Assembly (NCBI GenBank): GCA_964291265.2
Contig: OZ219747.1
Location: forward strand, 1,792,001 to 1,856,000
DNA from: Alphaproteobacteria bacterium
GTDB taxonomy: Bacteria > Pseudomonadota > Alphaproteobacteria > SP197
Direction of reading: 5' to 3'
Length of the DNA stretch: 64,000 nt
The notes under the pieces are model-generated. The model searched no databases and was not told the DNA's origin. It saw nothing but the letters and a program-made list of their open reading frames with translations. The translations under genes and the position numbers were made by a program. Below, piece by piece: positions 21,755-31,798 of this stretch. Each line of letters opens with the position of its first letter. Position 1 is the stretch's first letter.

Positions 21755-23968
21755 TCAGCCGTTCAGGAGTTCGTTGTAGTCGTCCACCGTCACGATGCTG
21801 AAGCTGTCGACCGACAGCTGCTCGAACGTCACGCCCTTGAGAATGATCTCGTTGTCGAGCTTGTTCGACGTGATCCTGACGCCGCCGGCATCGTAGTCAT
21901 CGACGATCTTCAGGTCGGAGACATCGAGGAACATCTCCCCGTTTCCGGCCGTCGCCTGGGCCTCGGTCTGCCCCAGGAAGATGATGGTGTCGTTGTCCTC
22001 GACCGAGAAGTCGGTGATGACATCGACGCCGTCGCCGGCGCGGAAGAGGAACTCGTCGGCGCCCTCGCCGCCACGCAGACGGTCGGAGCCTTCGCCGCCC
22101 TCCAGGCGGTCGTTGCCGCCGTCGCCGAACAGCCGGTCCTCGCCTGCGCCGCCGGCCAGCACGTCGAGATCGCCCTCGCCGCCTTCCAGGCGGTCGTTGC
22201 CGTCCCCGCCGTCCAGCTTGTCGTTGCCGGCGCCGCCATAGAGCATGTCGTGGCCGTTGCCGCCGTTCAGCTCGTCGTCGCCGTCCTCGCCATAGAGCCG
22301 GTCGGCGCTGTTCCCGCCGTTCAGCGTGTCGTCGCCGGCGCCACCGTGGAGGATGTCGTTGTTGTTATCCCCGAAGAGCCGGTCGTTGCCGTTGTCGCCG
22401 TAGAGCGTGTCCTTGCCGCGCCCGCCGTAGAGCGTGTCGTCACCGCCGCGCCCGTAGAGCACATCCGCCGCGCCCAGGCCCTTGATGGTATCGTTGCCGC
22501 TGTCGCCGACGAGCAGATCCTTCTTGTTCGTGCCCTTGAGTTTCTTCCCGGTCTGCTGGTGCGGATACTCCTTGTTCGGATCGAAGTCCCAGATGAACTC
22601 GACCTTCGACAGGTCCTCCGCATCGAGACCCTGGAACGCGGCGAGCTGCTTCTTCGACTCGCCCTCACCGGTGACGAGGAACTGCACCGTCTCGCCTGCG
22701 ATGCCCCACCTATCGGCGTCGAGGGTGCCCGCCTCGAACCGTACATCGTCCCATGCAAGGCCGAACGGCAACCGGACATAGTCCTCATCCACGTTGAAGT
22801 CCGCGATGATGTCGGGAGCCTCGTCAGTCGTGCTGATGACGAAGATGTCCCGGCCGCTGTCGCCCCAGAGCCGGTCCTGGCCGGCGCCGCCGTCGAGACG
22901 GTCGTGGCCATGGCCACCGTAGAGCTGGTCCTCGCCGGCGCCGCCGTAGAGCAGGTCGTTGCCTTCGACGCCAACAAGCGCGTCTCTGTCCGCGCCGCCG
23001 TAAAGCGTGTCGTTGCCGCGACCACCAATCAGGGTGTCGTAACCGTCCCCGCCGCGGAGGATGTCGTTGCCGCGGCCGCCATCAATATAATCACCGCCTG
23101 CGCCGCCTTGGAGCCGGTCATCGCCGCCATGGCCATGGAGCTGGTCTTCCCAGGCGGTGCCCGAGAGGGTATCGCCCGCCTGCGTACCGTAGATCCACTC
23201 CCCGCGCTGCGTCGAGAGGCTCTGGCCGATCCAGTCGATCGCGGCATCGATAGCCTCCCCGGAGACGTCCTCCCCGTAGTTGAGCTCGGCGAGCACCTTG
23301 TTGCCCAGCATGATGCGGAAATGGGCATTCCCGTAGACGCCATCGGGGTGGTGAACGATCGTGGGCCTCGGCCCGTCCCCGAGACCGGTGACAATGATGA
23401 CGTCCCTGGTGTTGTACGATCCCCACGGACGCTCGTAGTCCTCGATGTAGACGTAGCTGTCGGGGTTCAGGATGAATTTGTCCAACCCCCTGCCGCCGTT
23501 GAGGATGTTTCCCCGCGGGTTTTCGACGTCCTGGTCGCTCTGCGGACCCCTGCCCCTCGTCGTGCCGGTGAGCGCGCCGGTGCCGTCGTCCACCCGGCTG
23601 CTGTCCTTGACCCGGCCTGCAATCAGGTAGTCGCCGTCGGCGCCGCCGTAGAGACGGTCGGAGAACGCGTCCTCCTGGTTGCCGACCAGGGTGTCGCCGC
23701 CCCGGCCGCCATGGAGGACATTCATGCCGTAGCCGCCTTCGAGATAGTCTCGCCCCTCGCCGCCTTTCGCAAGGCTGCCGCCGCCGCCGGCATCCTTGAA
23801 CCAGTCGTCGCCCCAGCCGCCGGTGAAGGCATCGTGGCCCTGACCGCCGAGGACGTGCATCGAGCCGTAGTGCCCCTCCGCGTTCGAGATGTGGTTCACC
23901 CCGGTCGTGCGGGAGAGATCCAGGGTCTCCTCGCTGTCAACAAGATACTCCGTGGGTTTCGTTGTCAT
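21755..23968 (-). CDS. large RTX Ca-binding repeat protein (T1SS substrate)
   Basis: Three blocks of GGxGxD repeats, each followed by an I(T/A/E)D(F/Y) cap; GGAGG RBS before ATG at 23968. Confidence 0.9.
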   Translation of the reverse strand: MTTKPTEYLVDSEETLDLSRTTGVNHISNAEGHYGSMHVLGGQGHDAFTGGWGDDWFKDAGGGGSLAKGGEGRDYLEGGYGMNVLHGGRGGDTLVGNQEDAFSDRLYGGADGDYLIAGRVKDSSRVDDGTGALTGTTRGRGPQSDQDVENPRGNILNGGRGLDKFILNPDSYVYIEDYERPWGSYNTRDVIIVTGLGDGPRPTIVHHPDGVYGNAHFRIMLGNKVLAELNYGEDVSGEAIDAAIDWIGQSLSTQRGEWIYGTQAGDTLSGTAWEDQLHGHGGDDRLQGGAGGDYIDGGRGNDILRGGDGYDTLIGGRGNDTLYGGADRDALVGVEGNDLLYGGAGEDQLYGGHGHDRLDGGAGQDRLWGDSGRDIFVISTTDEAPDIIADFNVDEDYVRLPFGLAWDDVRFEAGTLDADRWGIAGETVQFLVTGEGESKKQLAAFQGLDAEDLSKVEFIWDFDPNKEYPHQQTGKKLKGTNKKDLLVGDSGNDTIKGLGAADVLYGRGGDDTLYGGRGKDTLYGDNGNDRLFGDNNNDILHGGAGDDTLNGGNSADRLYGEDGDDELNGGNGHDMLYGGAGNDKLDGGDGNDRLEGGEGDLDVLAGGAGEDRLFGDGGNDRLEGGEGSDRLRGGEGADEFLFRAGDGVDVITDFSVEDNDTIIFLGQTEAQATAGNGEMFLDVSDLKIVDDYDAGGVRITSNKLDNEIILKGVTFEQLSVDSFSIVTVDDYNELLNG

Positions 23969-24662
23969 GTTGAACTCCTCCGTTTGCCAGATCACCATTT
24001 CGTATGTCGTAACCGTAACCCTGTATCGCAGAGGGAGGGTGACGTCAACAACGATGGAATTCGGGAAAGCTGAAGCGGGCGCCGGGATGACGCCGGCCCT
24101 CGTTGTGCGGGGTGCTCCCTGTTCGGCGAGCTGATCTTTCGCGGAGCTGTCGTCGGCAGACGGGCCCGGAAACCCGTTCGGCAGGGGACGCGGTTGTCAG
24201 TCTGCCGATTCAGGCTTCGGGAAAGGCGTCATCAACGTCAGGCCCCTCCGCTGCGACAACGCTCGCCCGCCGCCGAGGAGTGCTGACGGCAGGGCACACC
24301 GCACTGGGCCTCTCCTTCATGCACACCTGGATCGTGCCCGCAGCCGATAGTCCGCAGACGCGTGGCCTCGGGGTGTTGCCGCCCGGCGGTGCGCAAGGCG
24401 CCGGGACATGCAACACGGTCTGCCGAGGGAACCTCCGCTTCACCCGGGCGCCGCGCTGACCGCCGAGGAAACGCCGCCTCGTGAAGGGTATCAGGGCGAC
24501 ATGTTCCTCGGACCATGGGGTTGAGATCCTTGGACTTGCGGCGGCGCCGGGCGACTTCGAACAGCACGGGCGCAGACAACACGACGTCGGTCGGGTTCGG
24601 CATGTCCGGCGGGTTCCGGACTACGCGGCGTTCGTCGCGCCTCACCGGGGCACGGACGGGCT

Positions 24663-25901
24663 TCATGGGGATGGCCTGCGGCAGGTGATCCGGACCACGT
24701 CCGTGGTTCCTGCGGTGAAGCCTGCGGCGCTTGCCGCGAGGTAGAAGTTCCACATGCGACGGAAGCGTTCGTCGAAGCCGAGGGCCGCAATCTGTTGCCA
24801 TCGGGCATTGAACCGCCGGCGCCAGGCGCGCAGGCTGCGCGCGTAGCTGTCGGCGAAGGTCTCCTTGCCGATCGTCTCGAGACCGGCTGCCGAGATCCGC
24901 TTGCCGAGGGCCGCCGGGCTCGGCAGCATCCCGCCCGGGAAGATGTGCTTCTGGATGAAGTCGGCCCGGGTGCGGTACTGGGCGAAGAGACGATCCGCGA
25001 TCGTGATCGCCTGGAGTACGGCGACGCCTCCCGGGCGCAGCCGGTCGTGGAGCGCCCCGAAATAGACCGGCCAGTACTTCTCTCCGACCGCCTCGACCAT
25101 CTCGATGGATGCAACCCCGTCATAGACGCCGCGTTCCTCGCGGTAGTCGCGCAGCAGGATTTCCGCCCGATCAGCGAGTCCCGCCTCGAACAACCGCTTC
25201 CGCGCATAGTCCTGCTGTTCGCGCGAGACCGTGAGTCCCGTGACCTTCACATGGCACTCCCGAATGGCGAACTCGGCGAAACCGCCCCAGCCGCAGCCGA
25301 TTTCGAGTATCCGGTCATCCGGCGCCGGCGCGAGCTGCTCGCAGATCGCCGCGTACTTGTTCCGCTGCGCTTCGGCGAGACTCTCGCCGGCGTTGCGGAA
25401 CAGGGCGGACGAGTAGGTCATGGTCTCGTCGAGCCAGAGGCCGTAGAAGTCGTTTCCGAGATCGTAGTGATGCGCGACGTTGCGCCGCGACCCCCTTCTG
25501 CTGTTGACGTTCAGGCAATGGCGAAGGCGCTCCCGGAGGCGGAACAGCCCGGCGCCCGGGAAGCTCCGCGCGATGTTCTCGTTGTTGAGCATGATGACGT
25601 CCATGAGATCCTCGAGGTCAGGCGTCGTCCACCAGCCGTCCATGAACATCTCGCCAAAACCGAGATCGCCTTCCGCGAGCAATCGCGCGACAAACCCCGG
25701 ATCGAGAACGACGATCTTGCCGTGGGGGCCGGGCGCATCGCCGCTTGCCCTGATGGGCCTGCAGTGCGGCAGCTCGACTTCGATCGTGCCGCGTTCGATG
25801 CGACTGAGCACCGTCTGAAAGATCCGCATCCGCCGCGGCAGCGCCGCGCCGGTTCCTCCCGACACGGGGGAAGCGGCCGACCCGCTGACCGGCGCGGTCA
25901 C
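24663..25901 (-). CDS. cyclopropane-fatty-acyl-phospholipid synthase family SAM methylase (UfaM/CfaS-like)
   Basis: NVAHHYDLGNDFY, TYSSALF, LEIGCGWGG, SIEMVEAVG, IFPGGMLP; GTGA overlap with the SDR gene. Confidence 0.92.
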   Translation of the reverse strand: MTAPVSGSAASPVSGGTGAALPRRMRIFQTVLSRIERGTIEVELPHCRPIRASGDAPGPHGKIVVLDPGFVARLLAEGDLGFGEMFMDGWWTTPDLEDLMDVIMLNNENIARSFPGAGLFRLRERLRHCLNVNSRRGSRRNVAHHYDLGNDFYGLWLDETMTYSSALFRNAGESLAEAQRNKYAAICEQLAPAPDDRILEIGCGWGGFAEFAIRECHVKVTGLTVSREQQDYARKRLFEAGLADRAEILLRDYREERGVYDGVASIEMVEAVGEKYWPVYFGALHDRLRPGGVAVLQAITIADRLFAQYRTRADFIQKHIFPGGMLPSPAALGKRISAAGLETIGKETFADSYARSLRAWRRRFNARWQQIAALGFDERFRRMWNFYLAASAAGFTAGTTDVVRITCRRPSP

Positions 25902-26677
25902 GAGGTCTCGCCCGGCCTGCCGGCGGCGAGCGCCAGCAGTGCGAAGAACACCGGTCGCGGCAGGGCTGCCAGACACCTGATCGCAGCCGTCATGGCGAAG
26001 GGGAAGGCGATCTCGAACCGCCCGCGCGCCATGCCGCGCACGATGCGGTCGGCCGCTGCTTCGGGAGTCATGATGAACGGCATCCTGAAATCGTTCTTCC
26101 CGGTCAGTCGGGTGGCCACGAAACCGGGATTGCAGATCTGCACCAGGATTCCTGATCCACGCAGATCGCAACGCAGGTTCTCGGCCAGGTGCATCAGGGC
26201 CGCCTTGGTCGCGCCGTATCCCCAGGCGTCGGGCAGCCCGCGATACCCGGAGAGAGAGCCAAGCAGCACGATGTGCCCGGCGCCGCGCTGGCGGAACACC
26301 GGCACGCAGGCCGCCAGGACGCGGAGTGCGCCGGTCAGGTTGACGTCGACCATGGTCTCCAGCGCGTCGACATCGGGCCTGCGCGCCGACATCGGCTCGT
26401 AGGCGCCGGCGCAGTAGATGACGCCGTCCACCTCACCGGCGCGGTCCAGGGCTTTGAACGTGGCGGAGCTGTCGGCGACGTCGAACGGCACGGCCACATG
26501 GCCTCCACGGGCCGTCCGCGCCGGCTCCATCTCGTCGATCAGGCTGCCGAGAGCCGCGCCGTCCCGGGCGGAGACAGCGACGGCGGACCCCTCCTGCGCG
26601 AGCCTCAGGGCGAGCCGCCGACCGATGCCGGCGCTGGCGCCGACCAGCCAGAAACGCCTGCCGGCGAGCCGGCTCAT
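25898..26677 (-). CDS. SDR oxidoreductase (RSP_1087-like)
   Basis: GASAGIG, YGATKAA, NPGFVAT. Confidence 0.88.
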   Translation of the reverse strand: MSRLAGRRFWLVGASAGIGRRLALRLAQEGSAVAVSARDGAALGSLIDEMEPARTARGGHVAVPFDVADSSATFKALDRAGEVDGVIYCAGAYEPMSARRPDVDALETMVDVNLTGALRVLAACVPVFRQRGAGHIVLLGSLSGYRGLPDAWGYGATKAALMHLAENLRCDLRGSGILVQICNPGFVATRLTGKNDFRMPFIMTPEAAADRIVRGMARGRFEIAFPFAMTAAIRCLAALPRPVFFALLALAAGRPGETS

Positions 26678-27225
26678 GGCGAGGACGCCGGCGCGTCATC
26701 GCCGGCGGCGGTCTTGCGGAAGGAGACGAAAAGCTCGCCGACCTTGAGGCCGAACTTGGACATGCGCGCCCGGTTGATCAGCGTGCCGTCGTCCATCAGG
26801 TAGAACCAGTCCTCCATGCCGACGACGATGTCGCCCCTGGTCCTCGACACTCGCAGCCGGTAGCGCATCGCGGCCGCGTTGCCGCGCTGCACACCTGCCG
26901 CCACGCCTTCGACATCGTGTGCGGTCGCGGAGAATGACCTGTCATCGGCGAAGGTCAGCTTCCAGCATCGCTCACCCGTCTCGCCGTTGTCGTAGCGGAA
27001 CAGCTCCTCCAGCGTGCCCTTCTCGCCGCACCATCGGCCGGTCATGTCGGCTGCGAAGCGCCGTTCAACACGTCCCGAAAGACCGAAGAAGACGCCGGAG
27101 GCGGTCAGCGGACCGTTCAGATAGTCCCGAAGGTCCAGGATCGGCGTTCCGCCTGCATAGTCGTCGACGCCCTGCGCGCCGAGATCGAACAGCAGGCCGG
27201 AACCTGGAAAGTGCTTCGTTCTCAA
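26674..27225 (-). CDS. DUF3833 family protein
   Basis: LDLRDYLNG...SGRVERRF...EDWFYLMD...NRARMSKFG; probable TTG start overlapping the MFS stop. Confidence 0.8.
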   Translation of the reverse strand: MRTKHFPGSGLLFDLGAQGVDDYAGGTPILDLRDYLNGPLTASGVFFGLSGRVERRFAADMTGRWCGEKGTLEELFRYDNGETGERCWKLTFADDRSFSATAHDVEGVAAGVQRGNAAAMRYRLRVSRTRGDIVVGMEDWFYLMDDGTLINRARMSKFGLKVGELFVSFRKTAAGDDAPASSP

Positions 27226-28472
27226 CCCTCGTCTCCCGTTTCTTTGACGCATATCCAGAGCACCGGGACCGCGGCCAGCTTGAGGACGCAAGGAACCAGT
27301 GCGTAGGCCGTGGCAAGCGACGCGAGGCCCGCCCGTCCGGACGTTCCCGGCTCGTATCCGGCGAGGGCGAGCATCGGCAGCGTGGCGCCCGCCGCGACGG
27401 CAAGAGCGGTTTTCTGCAGGAACGTCCAGAGTGCAAACACCCGTCCTCCGCCCCGCTCTACCCGCGCCGCCAGCATCGCCGGCGCCAGCGTCATGTCGGC
27501 GCCGAGCGCCGCGCCTGACGCGGCGGCGATCGCATAGAAGGCCCGGATGTCGCCGGAGCCCAGAGTCCAGGCCCAGAAGAAGACCGGTACCGACAGCACC
27601 ATGCCCGTCGCCAGGGCAGCCTTGCGTCCGAGCCTGCCGGCGAGCCGCGCCCAGAGAGGCGCGGCCGCCGCGGCCGCCGAGAAGAAGACCAGAAGCATGG
27701 GACCGGCATGGGCTTCCGCGTTCAGGATATCGGAAACGAAGAACAAGAAGAGTGTCGACGTCACGGCGGTCGGCAGGGCGTTGACGAAACCGAAGGCAAG
27801 GATCGGCACGACGCCGGGTACGCGCAGGGCCTCGGCAAAGCTGCTGTCGGGGACCGACCTGCCTGACGACAGCCATCGACCGTGCATTCGCCCGAGCGCG
27901 AAGAAGGCGAAGAGACAGAAGGCGGCGGCGTAGCCGGCATGGGCGAAGGCCGCGCCGAGGACCGATCCAAGCAAGGTCGGCGCCGTGGCGGCGAGGCAGA
28001 TGCCGGCCAGTCCTCCGGCCTCGCGCCAGAGGGCGATCCTCGTGTATCCCCCGCCCGCCGCCCCTGCCTGCGCCAGCCCATGGTCGTAGAGCGCGATCTG
28101 GAGCGCACTGAAGCCGGTGAAGGAGGCCAGCAGGCCGACGCCGAGGCGCGGCAAGGGTTCGCCCCACCCCGGCGGAGCGAAGAGAAGCCCGAGACCGCCG
28201 ACCAGAAGGACGCCGGCGCCCAGTGCCCACGCTTCACGGCGGCGCGGCCAGCGGTCGGCGAGTCGGCCGATCAGCGGATCCTGGAGGCTGTCCACCGCCC
28301 GTGCCGCCAGCAGCACGCCGCCCAGAGTGCCAAGGCCCATCCCCATCTCTTCCGCGTAGTAGCGCGGCGCGTGGATGTAGAGCGGCACGCCGGCAAAGGC
28401 GAGCATGGCCGCCACCGCGGCAGGCGGCACCAGGTCGCGCCGCAGCGGATTGCGCGAGGGAGAATCAGTCAT
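27222..28472 (-). CDS. MFS/GPH-type transporter (RSP_1089-like)
   Basis: PLYIHAP, DSLQDPLIGRLAD, LGADMTL, YALVPCVLKL. Confidence 0.85.
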   Translation of the reverse strand: MTDSPSRNPLRRDLVPPAAVAAMLAFAGVPLYIHAPRYYAEEMGMGLGTLGGVLLAARAVDSLQDPLIGRLADRWPRRREAWALGAGVLLVGGLGLLFAPPGWGEPLPRLGVGLLASFTGFSALQIALYDHGLAQAGAAGGGYTRIALWREAGGLAGICLAATAPTLLGSVLGAAFAHAGYAAAFCLFAFFALGRMHGRWLSSGRSVPDSSFAEALRVPGVVPILAFGFVNALPTAVTSTLFLFFVSDILNAEAHAGPMLLVFFSAAAAAAPLWARLAGRLGRKAALATGMVLSVPVFFWAWTLGSGDIRAFYAIAAASGAALGADMTLAPAMLAARVERGGGRVFALWTFLQKTALAVAAGATLPMLALAGYEPGTSGRAGLASLATAYALVPCVLKLAAVPVLWICVKETGDEG

Positions 28473-28983
28473 CACAGCTCCCGGAGAGCAAGGTGTCCCT
28501 CCTTTGCGGGTCACGGCTTTGCGGACCGAGCCAGATATCGAGAAACAGATCGGCGTCCTCGGTGAGCGCTCCGGTCGGACTGCCGTTGAGGAAGAACTCG
28601 ACGTGGTCAGGCCCGTTGCGCCAGGCCGTGTAGCGGTCGCCTTCGGCCACGTCTCGCATGGCCTTCCAGAGTTCCGCGCGCACTTCTGCGAAACTTGTCT
28701 CCGGCCGGCCCGACATGCGCGCCATCTCCGATATCGAACTCGAGACCAGTTCGTCGCGGCTGAAGTCGCGGCGGTAGGTGAGGGACAGCCCGAATCTCTC
28801 GCCCGCCTCGGCGTCCGTCCACAGTTCCGCCCTGTAGAGGTCGAAGAACAGGAAACCGTAGTCGGCGCAGCCGGCAGGTCGCGCGGACGCGACCCGGTCT
28901 GCCAGCTCCGGCGGCGCCGCGAGGGCGCCGCTCTCGGCTCCGAGCAGGAACAGTACCAGAAGGATCACCCGGCGCGTCATCAT
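28465..28983 (-). CDS. chalcone-isomerase-like (fatty-acid-binding) exported protein
   Basis: Signal peptide, FFDLYRAELW, LSLTYRRDF, DVAEGD, FLDIWLGP..RDTLL. Confidence 0.75.
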   Translation of the reverse strand: MMTRRVILLVLFLLGAESGALAAPPELADRVASARPAGCADYGFLFFDLYRAELWTDAEAGERFGLSLTYRRDFSRDELVSSSISEMARMSGRPETSFAEVRAELWKAMRDVAEGDRYTAWRNGPDHVEFFLNGSPTGALTEDADLFLDIWLGPQSRDPQRRDTLLSGSCDD

Positions 28984-29738
28984 GTCACGCTCTTCTCGGG
29001 CGGCGGCGGGCGGCGGCGGTAGGACGCTCCCTTCCACCACAGCCGGAGTGCCTGCCAGTGGATCAGCGCCGTCGTCCTTGCGGCGCCAGGTGGCCGTCGA
29101 AGGAGTGCCCTTGCGAGTTCTCGGTCGTTGAAGGGGCGGCGCGTGCCGGCGATCGCCGTGTCGAGCCCTCCACCCCTGCCATCGTCATAGATGATGCGCA
29201 CAGCGACGTTGGCCTCGTTCAGCAGGAACCGGAACCGGTACTCGCCGGCGACGTCAAGGAATGGCGAGACGTGGAAACGCTTGGCCGTCACGGTCCAGCA
29301 GTTGCGGGTGAGGTCGGAACCGTTCTCGTTCCTGCAGAGATAGCCGTGGCGGTCGCCAAAGGTGTTGTGGACCTCGGCGAGCACCGCACGAAGATTGCCG
29401 GCGGCGCCGAGGAGGAACCAGAAGCTGACCGGGTTGAACGCATAGCCCCAGTAGCGCGGATGGGTCAGCAGGAGCACGCGGTCAACGCCGCCGATCCCTT
29501 CTTCCCGCGCCAGACGGCGAAGGTCCTCGATGCCGTTGCACCCCGCAATGCCGTGATCGCTTGGCTGGAGGGAGACAATGTTGGGCCGACCGTAGGAGAA
29601 GAGTCTGGGGGTCCTCCGGGTTCCCGCGAGCTGCGCCTCGTCGAGCAAGAGGTAGTCGATGCCGTAGACGAAGCGGTTGTCCACAGGCACGCGCCGGACA
29701 TGGCTGACCCTGGCCTTGACGACCGAAGATCCCGTCAC
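28980..29738 (-). CDS. DUF1365 protein (UfaO-like)
   Basis: H.R..P...F.Y, PRYWGYAFNPVSFW, AEVHNTFGDRH, KRFHVSPF, IHWQALRLW. Confidence 0.9.
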   Translation of the reverse strand: MTGSSVVKARVSHVRRVPVDNRFVYGIDYLLLDEAQLAGTRRTPRLFSYGRPNIVSLQPSDHGIAGCNGIEDLRRLAREEGIGGVDRVLLLTHPRYWGYAFNPVSFWFLLGAAGNLRAVLAEVHNTFGDRHGYLCRNENGSDLTRNCWTVTAKRFHVSPFLDVAGEYRFRFLLNEANVAVRIIYDDGRGGGLDTAIAGTRRPFNDRELARALLRRPPGAARTTALIHWQALRLWWKGASYRRRPPPPEKSVT

Positions 29739-31030
29739 GCCCATGGCGGCGAGACCCCGAGACTTTCGGCGACCCGGACCGCGCTGGCGAGGCCATCCTC
29801 GTGAAACCCGTTGCCGGTCCACGCGCCGCAGTACCATGTGCCCGCACGGCCCTGGATCGACGGCAACGCCGCCTGGGCGGCGATCGTTGCGAAATCGTAT
29901 TGCGGATGGTCAAATGAATGTTCGTCGAGGATTCGGGAGTCATCGACAGGCGTCGAAGGGTTGAGCGTTGCGAAGAGCGGTGTTGCACGCGGGATGCTCT
30001 GGAGCGAGTTCATCCAGTAGGTGACCGACGCGCGGTCCTCGTTGGTTCGCGATGTCGCCAGGTAGACCCAGCTCGACCAGCAGGCCCTGCGCCGCGGCAT
30101 CAGCCGGGCATCGGTATGGAGCACGATGCGGTTGCGCCGGAACGGAATGCACCCGAGAACGCTCCGTTCTTCCGGTTGGGCGTCCTTGAGAATGTCCAGC
30201 ACCGTGTCGGCATGACAGGCGAACACGACACCTTCGAAACGCTCCGGCTCCTCTCCGGCCGCCTTGACGTCGACCCGGTCCGGACCCCGAGTCACCGCTT
30301 CGACAGGCGTTCGCAGTCTCAGTTCGGCTTCCATGTCGGCCGCCATCCGCGTCACGTAGCTGCGCGACCCGCCGTCGACCGTCCACCAGCGATGCTGGCC
30401 GGTAAACGAGAGCAGGCCATGATGGGCGAAGAAGCGGGTGAGGACATGGGCTGGAAAATTCAGCATCCGGGAGCGCGGCGTCGACCAGATCGCACCGCTC
30501 ATCGGCAGGAGGTAGTAGCGCTCGAACCAGGTGCCGAGCCGCCGCTTGCGAATCAGCTCGCCCAGTGTCAGGTCGGGGTCACCGCTCGCATCCGCCAGCG
30601 CGGTCCGGTTGAAAACCGCGATGTCGCGGAACATGCGCCAGAAGCCCGGCTTCAACGCATTCGACGGCTGAGCCAGTGCCGCGGTGGCGTTGCGGCACCC
30701 GTACTCCATGGCGCCCCCGTCGACGGAGACGGCGAAGGACATGTCGCTCTCCCGCACCGGCACATCGAGACGCTCGAAGAGTTGGCAGAGACTGGGATAG
30801 TTGACCCGGTTGAAGACGATGAAGCCGGTGTCGACCGACACGTCGCGCCCCTTGGTCCTGACCGTGACGGTGCGGGCATGGCCGCCTGGGCGATCCGCGG
30901 ACTCGAAGAGCACGACATCGTGGGCGCGCGACAGCAACCACGCCGCACCGAGGCCCGATATTCCAGCTCCGATCACCGCAATCCTGCGCCGCCGAGCCCC
31001 ATTGTGTGCCGAATGTCCTGTTCGCTTCAT
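29735..31030 (-). CDS. FAD-dependent oxidoreductase (UfaD-like fatty acyl desaturase)
   Basis: GAGISGL, GGHART, VDTGFIVFN, TYWMNSLQ, GAWTGNGFHEDG. Confidence 0.9.
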   Translation of the reverse strand: MKRTGHSAHNGARRRRIAVIGAGISGLGAAWLLSRAHDVVLFESADRPGGHARTVTVRTKGRDVSVDTGFIVFNRVNYPSLCQLFERLDVPVRESDMSFAVSVDGGAMEYGCRNATAALAQPSNALKPGFWRMFRDIAVFNRTALADASGDPDLTLGELIRKRRLGTWFERYYLLPMSGAIWSTPRSRMLNFPAHVLTRFFAHHGLLSFTGQHRWWTVDGGSRSYVTRMAADMEAELRLRTPVEAVTRGPDRVDVKAAGEEPERFEGVVFACHADTVLDILKDAQPEERSVLGCIPFRRNRIVLHTDARLMPRRRACWSSWVYLATSRTNEDRASVTYWMNSLQSIPRATPLFATLNPSTPVDDSRILDEHSFDHPQYDFATIAAQAALPSIQGRAGTWYCGAWTGNGFHEDGLASAVRVAESLGVSPPWA

Positions 31031-31039
31031 GGTCTGCAA

Positions 31040-31065
31040 TACGCATCAACCGCCCGGGCGGATCA
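31040..31065 (-). promoter_or_regulatory. sigmaE (ECF11) promoter for the ufaD-like operon
   Basis: Minus strand TGATCC-N16-CGTA, 9 nt before ATG at 31030. Confidence 0.85.
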
Positions 31066-31085
31066 CTGCAGGGGAGAGAAAATTG

Positions 31086-31111
31086 TGATCCGAAGCGGCG
31101 CAGGGACCGTA
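31086..31111 (+). promoter_or_regulatory. sigmaE (ECF11) autoregulatory promoter for rpoE-chrR
   Basis: TGATCC-N16-CGTA, 9 nt before ATG at 31121. Confidence 0.85.
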
Positions 31112-31120
31112 TAGAGATCC

Positions 31121-31798
31121 ATGGCACGCGCCCCGAAGGTCATCGACTTCCCCAGGAGCCCGCCTTTGCGGGGTAACGCTGCATTGGCGCCCGGGCATGC
31201 GAAAGTGGATGCAGCGCTTGATGACGAGCGGATCACCGATCCGACCGACGCCATGTCGGCCTGCCTGGTTGCGGTCGCGGAGCGGGGAGACCGCGAAGCG
31301 TTCGCGGATCTGTTCCGCCATTTCGGCCCGCGGATCAAGGGCTGGCTGCTGCGCGGCGGCGGCGAACCGGGCAAGGTTGACGATGTGCTTCAGGAGATCT
31401 TCGCCACGGTCTGGTCCAGAGCGAAGCTCTATGACAGCCGGCGGGCGAGCGCAGCCACCTGGATTTTCACCATCGCACGCAACCGGCGCATCGATGCGTT
31501 CCGTCGCGACCGCCGGCCAGAATTCGATCCCGGCGATCCGGCCTTCATGGCCGAGCCCCTGCCCGACGGCGAACAGGCGCTCGCCGGACGGCAGCGCGTG
31601 GATGCTGTTCAGGCTGCACTCGCCGCCTTGAGCGAGGAACAGCGCGAAGTTCTGCGGTTGTCGTTCGTGGACGGCGAGAGCTATGCGGCGATCGCGATCC
31701 GGCTGGGCATTCCGCTCGGCACCGTCAAGTCGCGTGCACGCCTCGCGTTCGCTCGCCTGCGCGCCGAACTCGACTCGCGAAGGGAGGAGTTGCGATGA
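31121..31798 (+). CDS. rpoE: ECF sigma factor RpoE (ECF11)
   Basis: DREAFADLF, ATWIFTIARNRRID, PLGTVKSR; directly upstream of chrR. Confidence 0.92.
   Translation: MARAPKVIDFPRSPPLRGNAALAPGHAKVDAALDDERITDPTDAMSACLVAVAERGDREAFADLFRHFGPRIKGWLLRGGGEPGKVDDVLQEIFATVWSRAKLYDSRRASAATWIFTIARNRRIDAFRRDRRPEFDPGDPAFMAEPLPDGEQALAGRQRVDAVQAALAALSEEQREVLRLSFVDGESYAAIAIRLGIPLGTVKSRARLAFARLRAELDSRREELR

Noticed and set aside
21539-24073. 844-aa plus-strand ORF (likewise 16671-18323, 36642-38462, 59061-61076 and others)
   Set aside because: Antisense shadows of well-supported minus-strand genes in high-GC DNA; no motifs
24210-24603. Possible degraded gene downstream of cfa (MPNPTDVVLSAPVLFEV...)
   Set aside because: No family motif could be recognised in any frame
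26674-28230. 518-aa ORF suggesting a long DUF3833 fusion
   Set aside because: The 5' two-thirds is an alternate frame of the MFS gene; the real gene starts at ~27225
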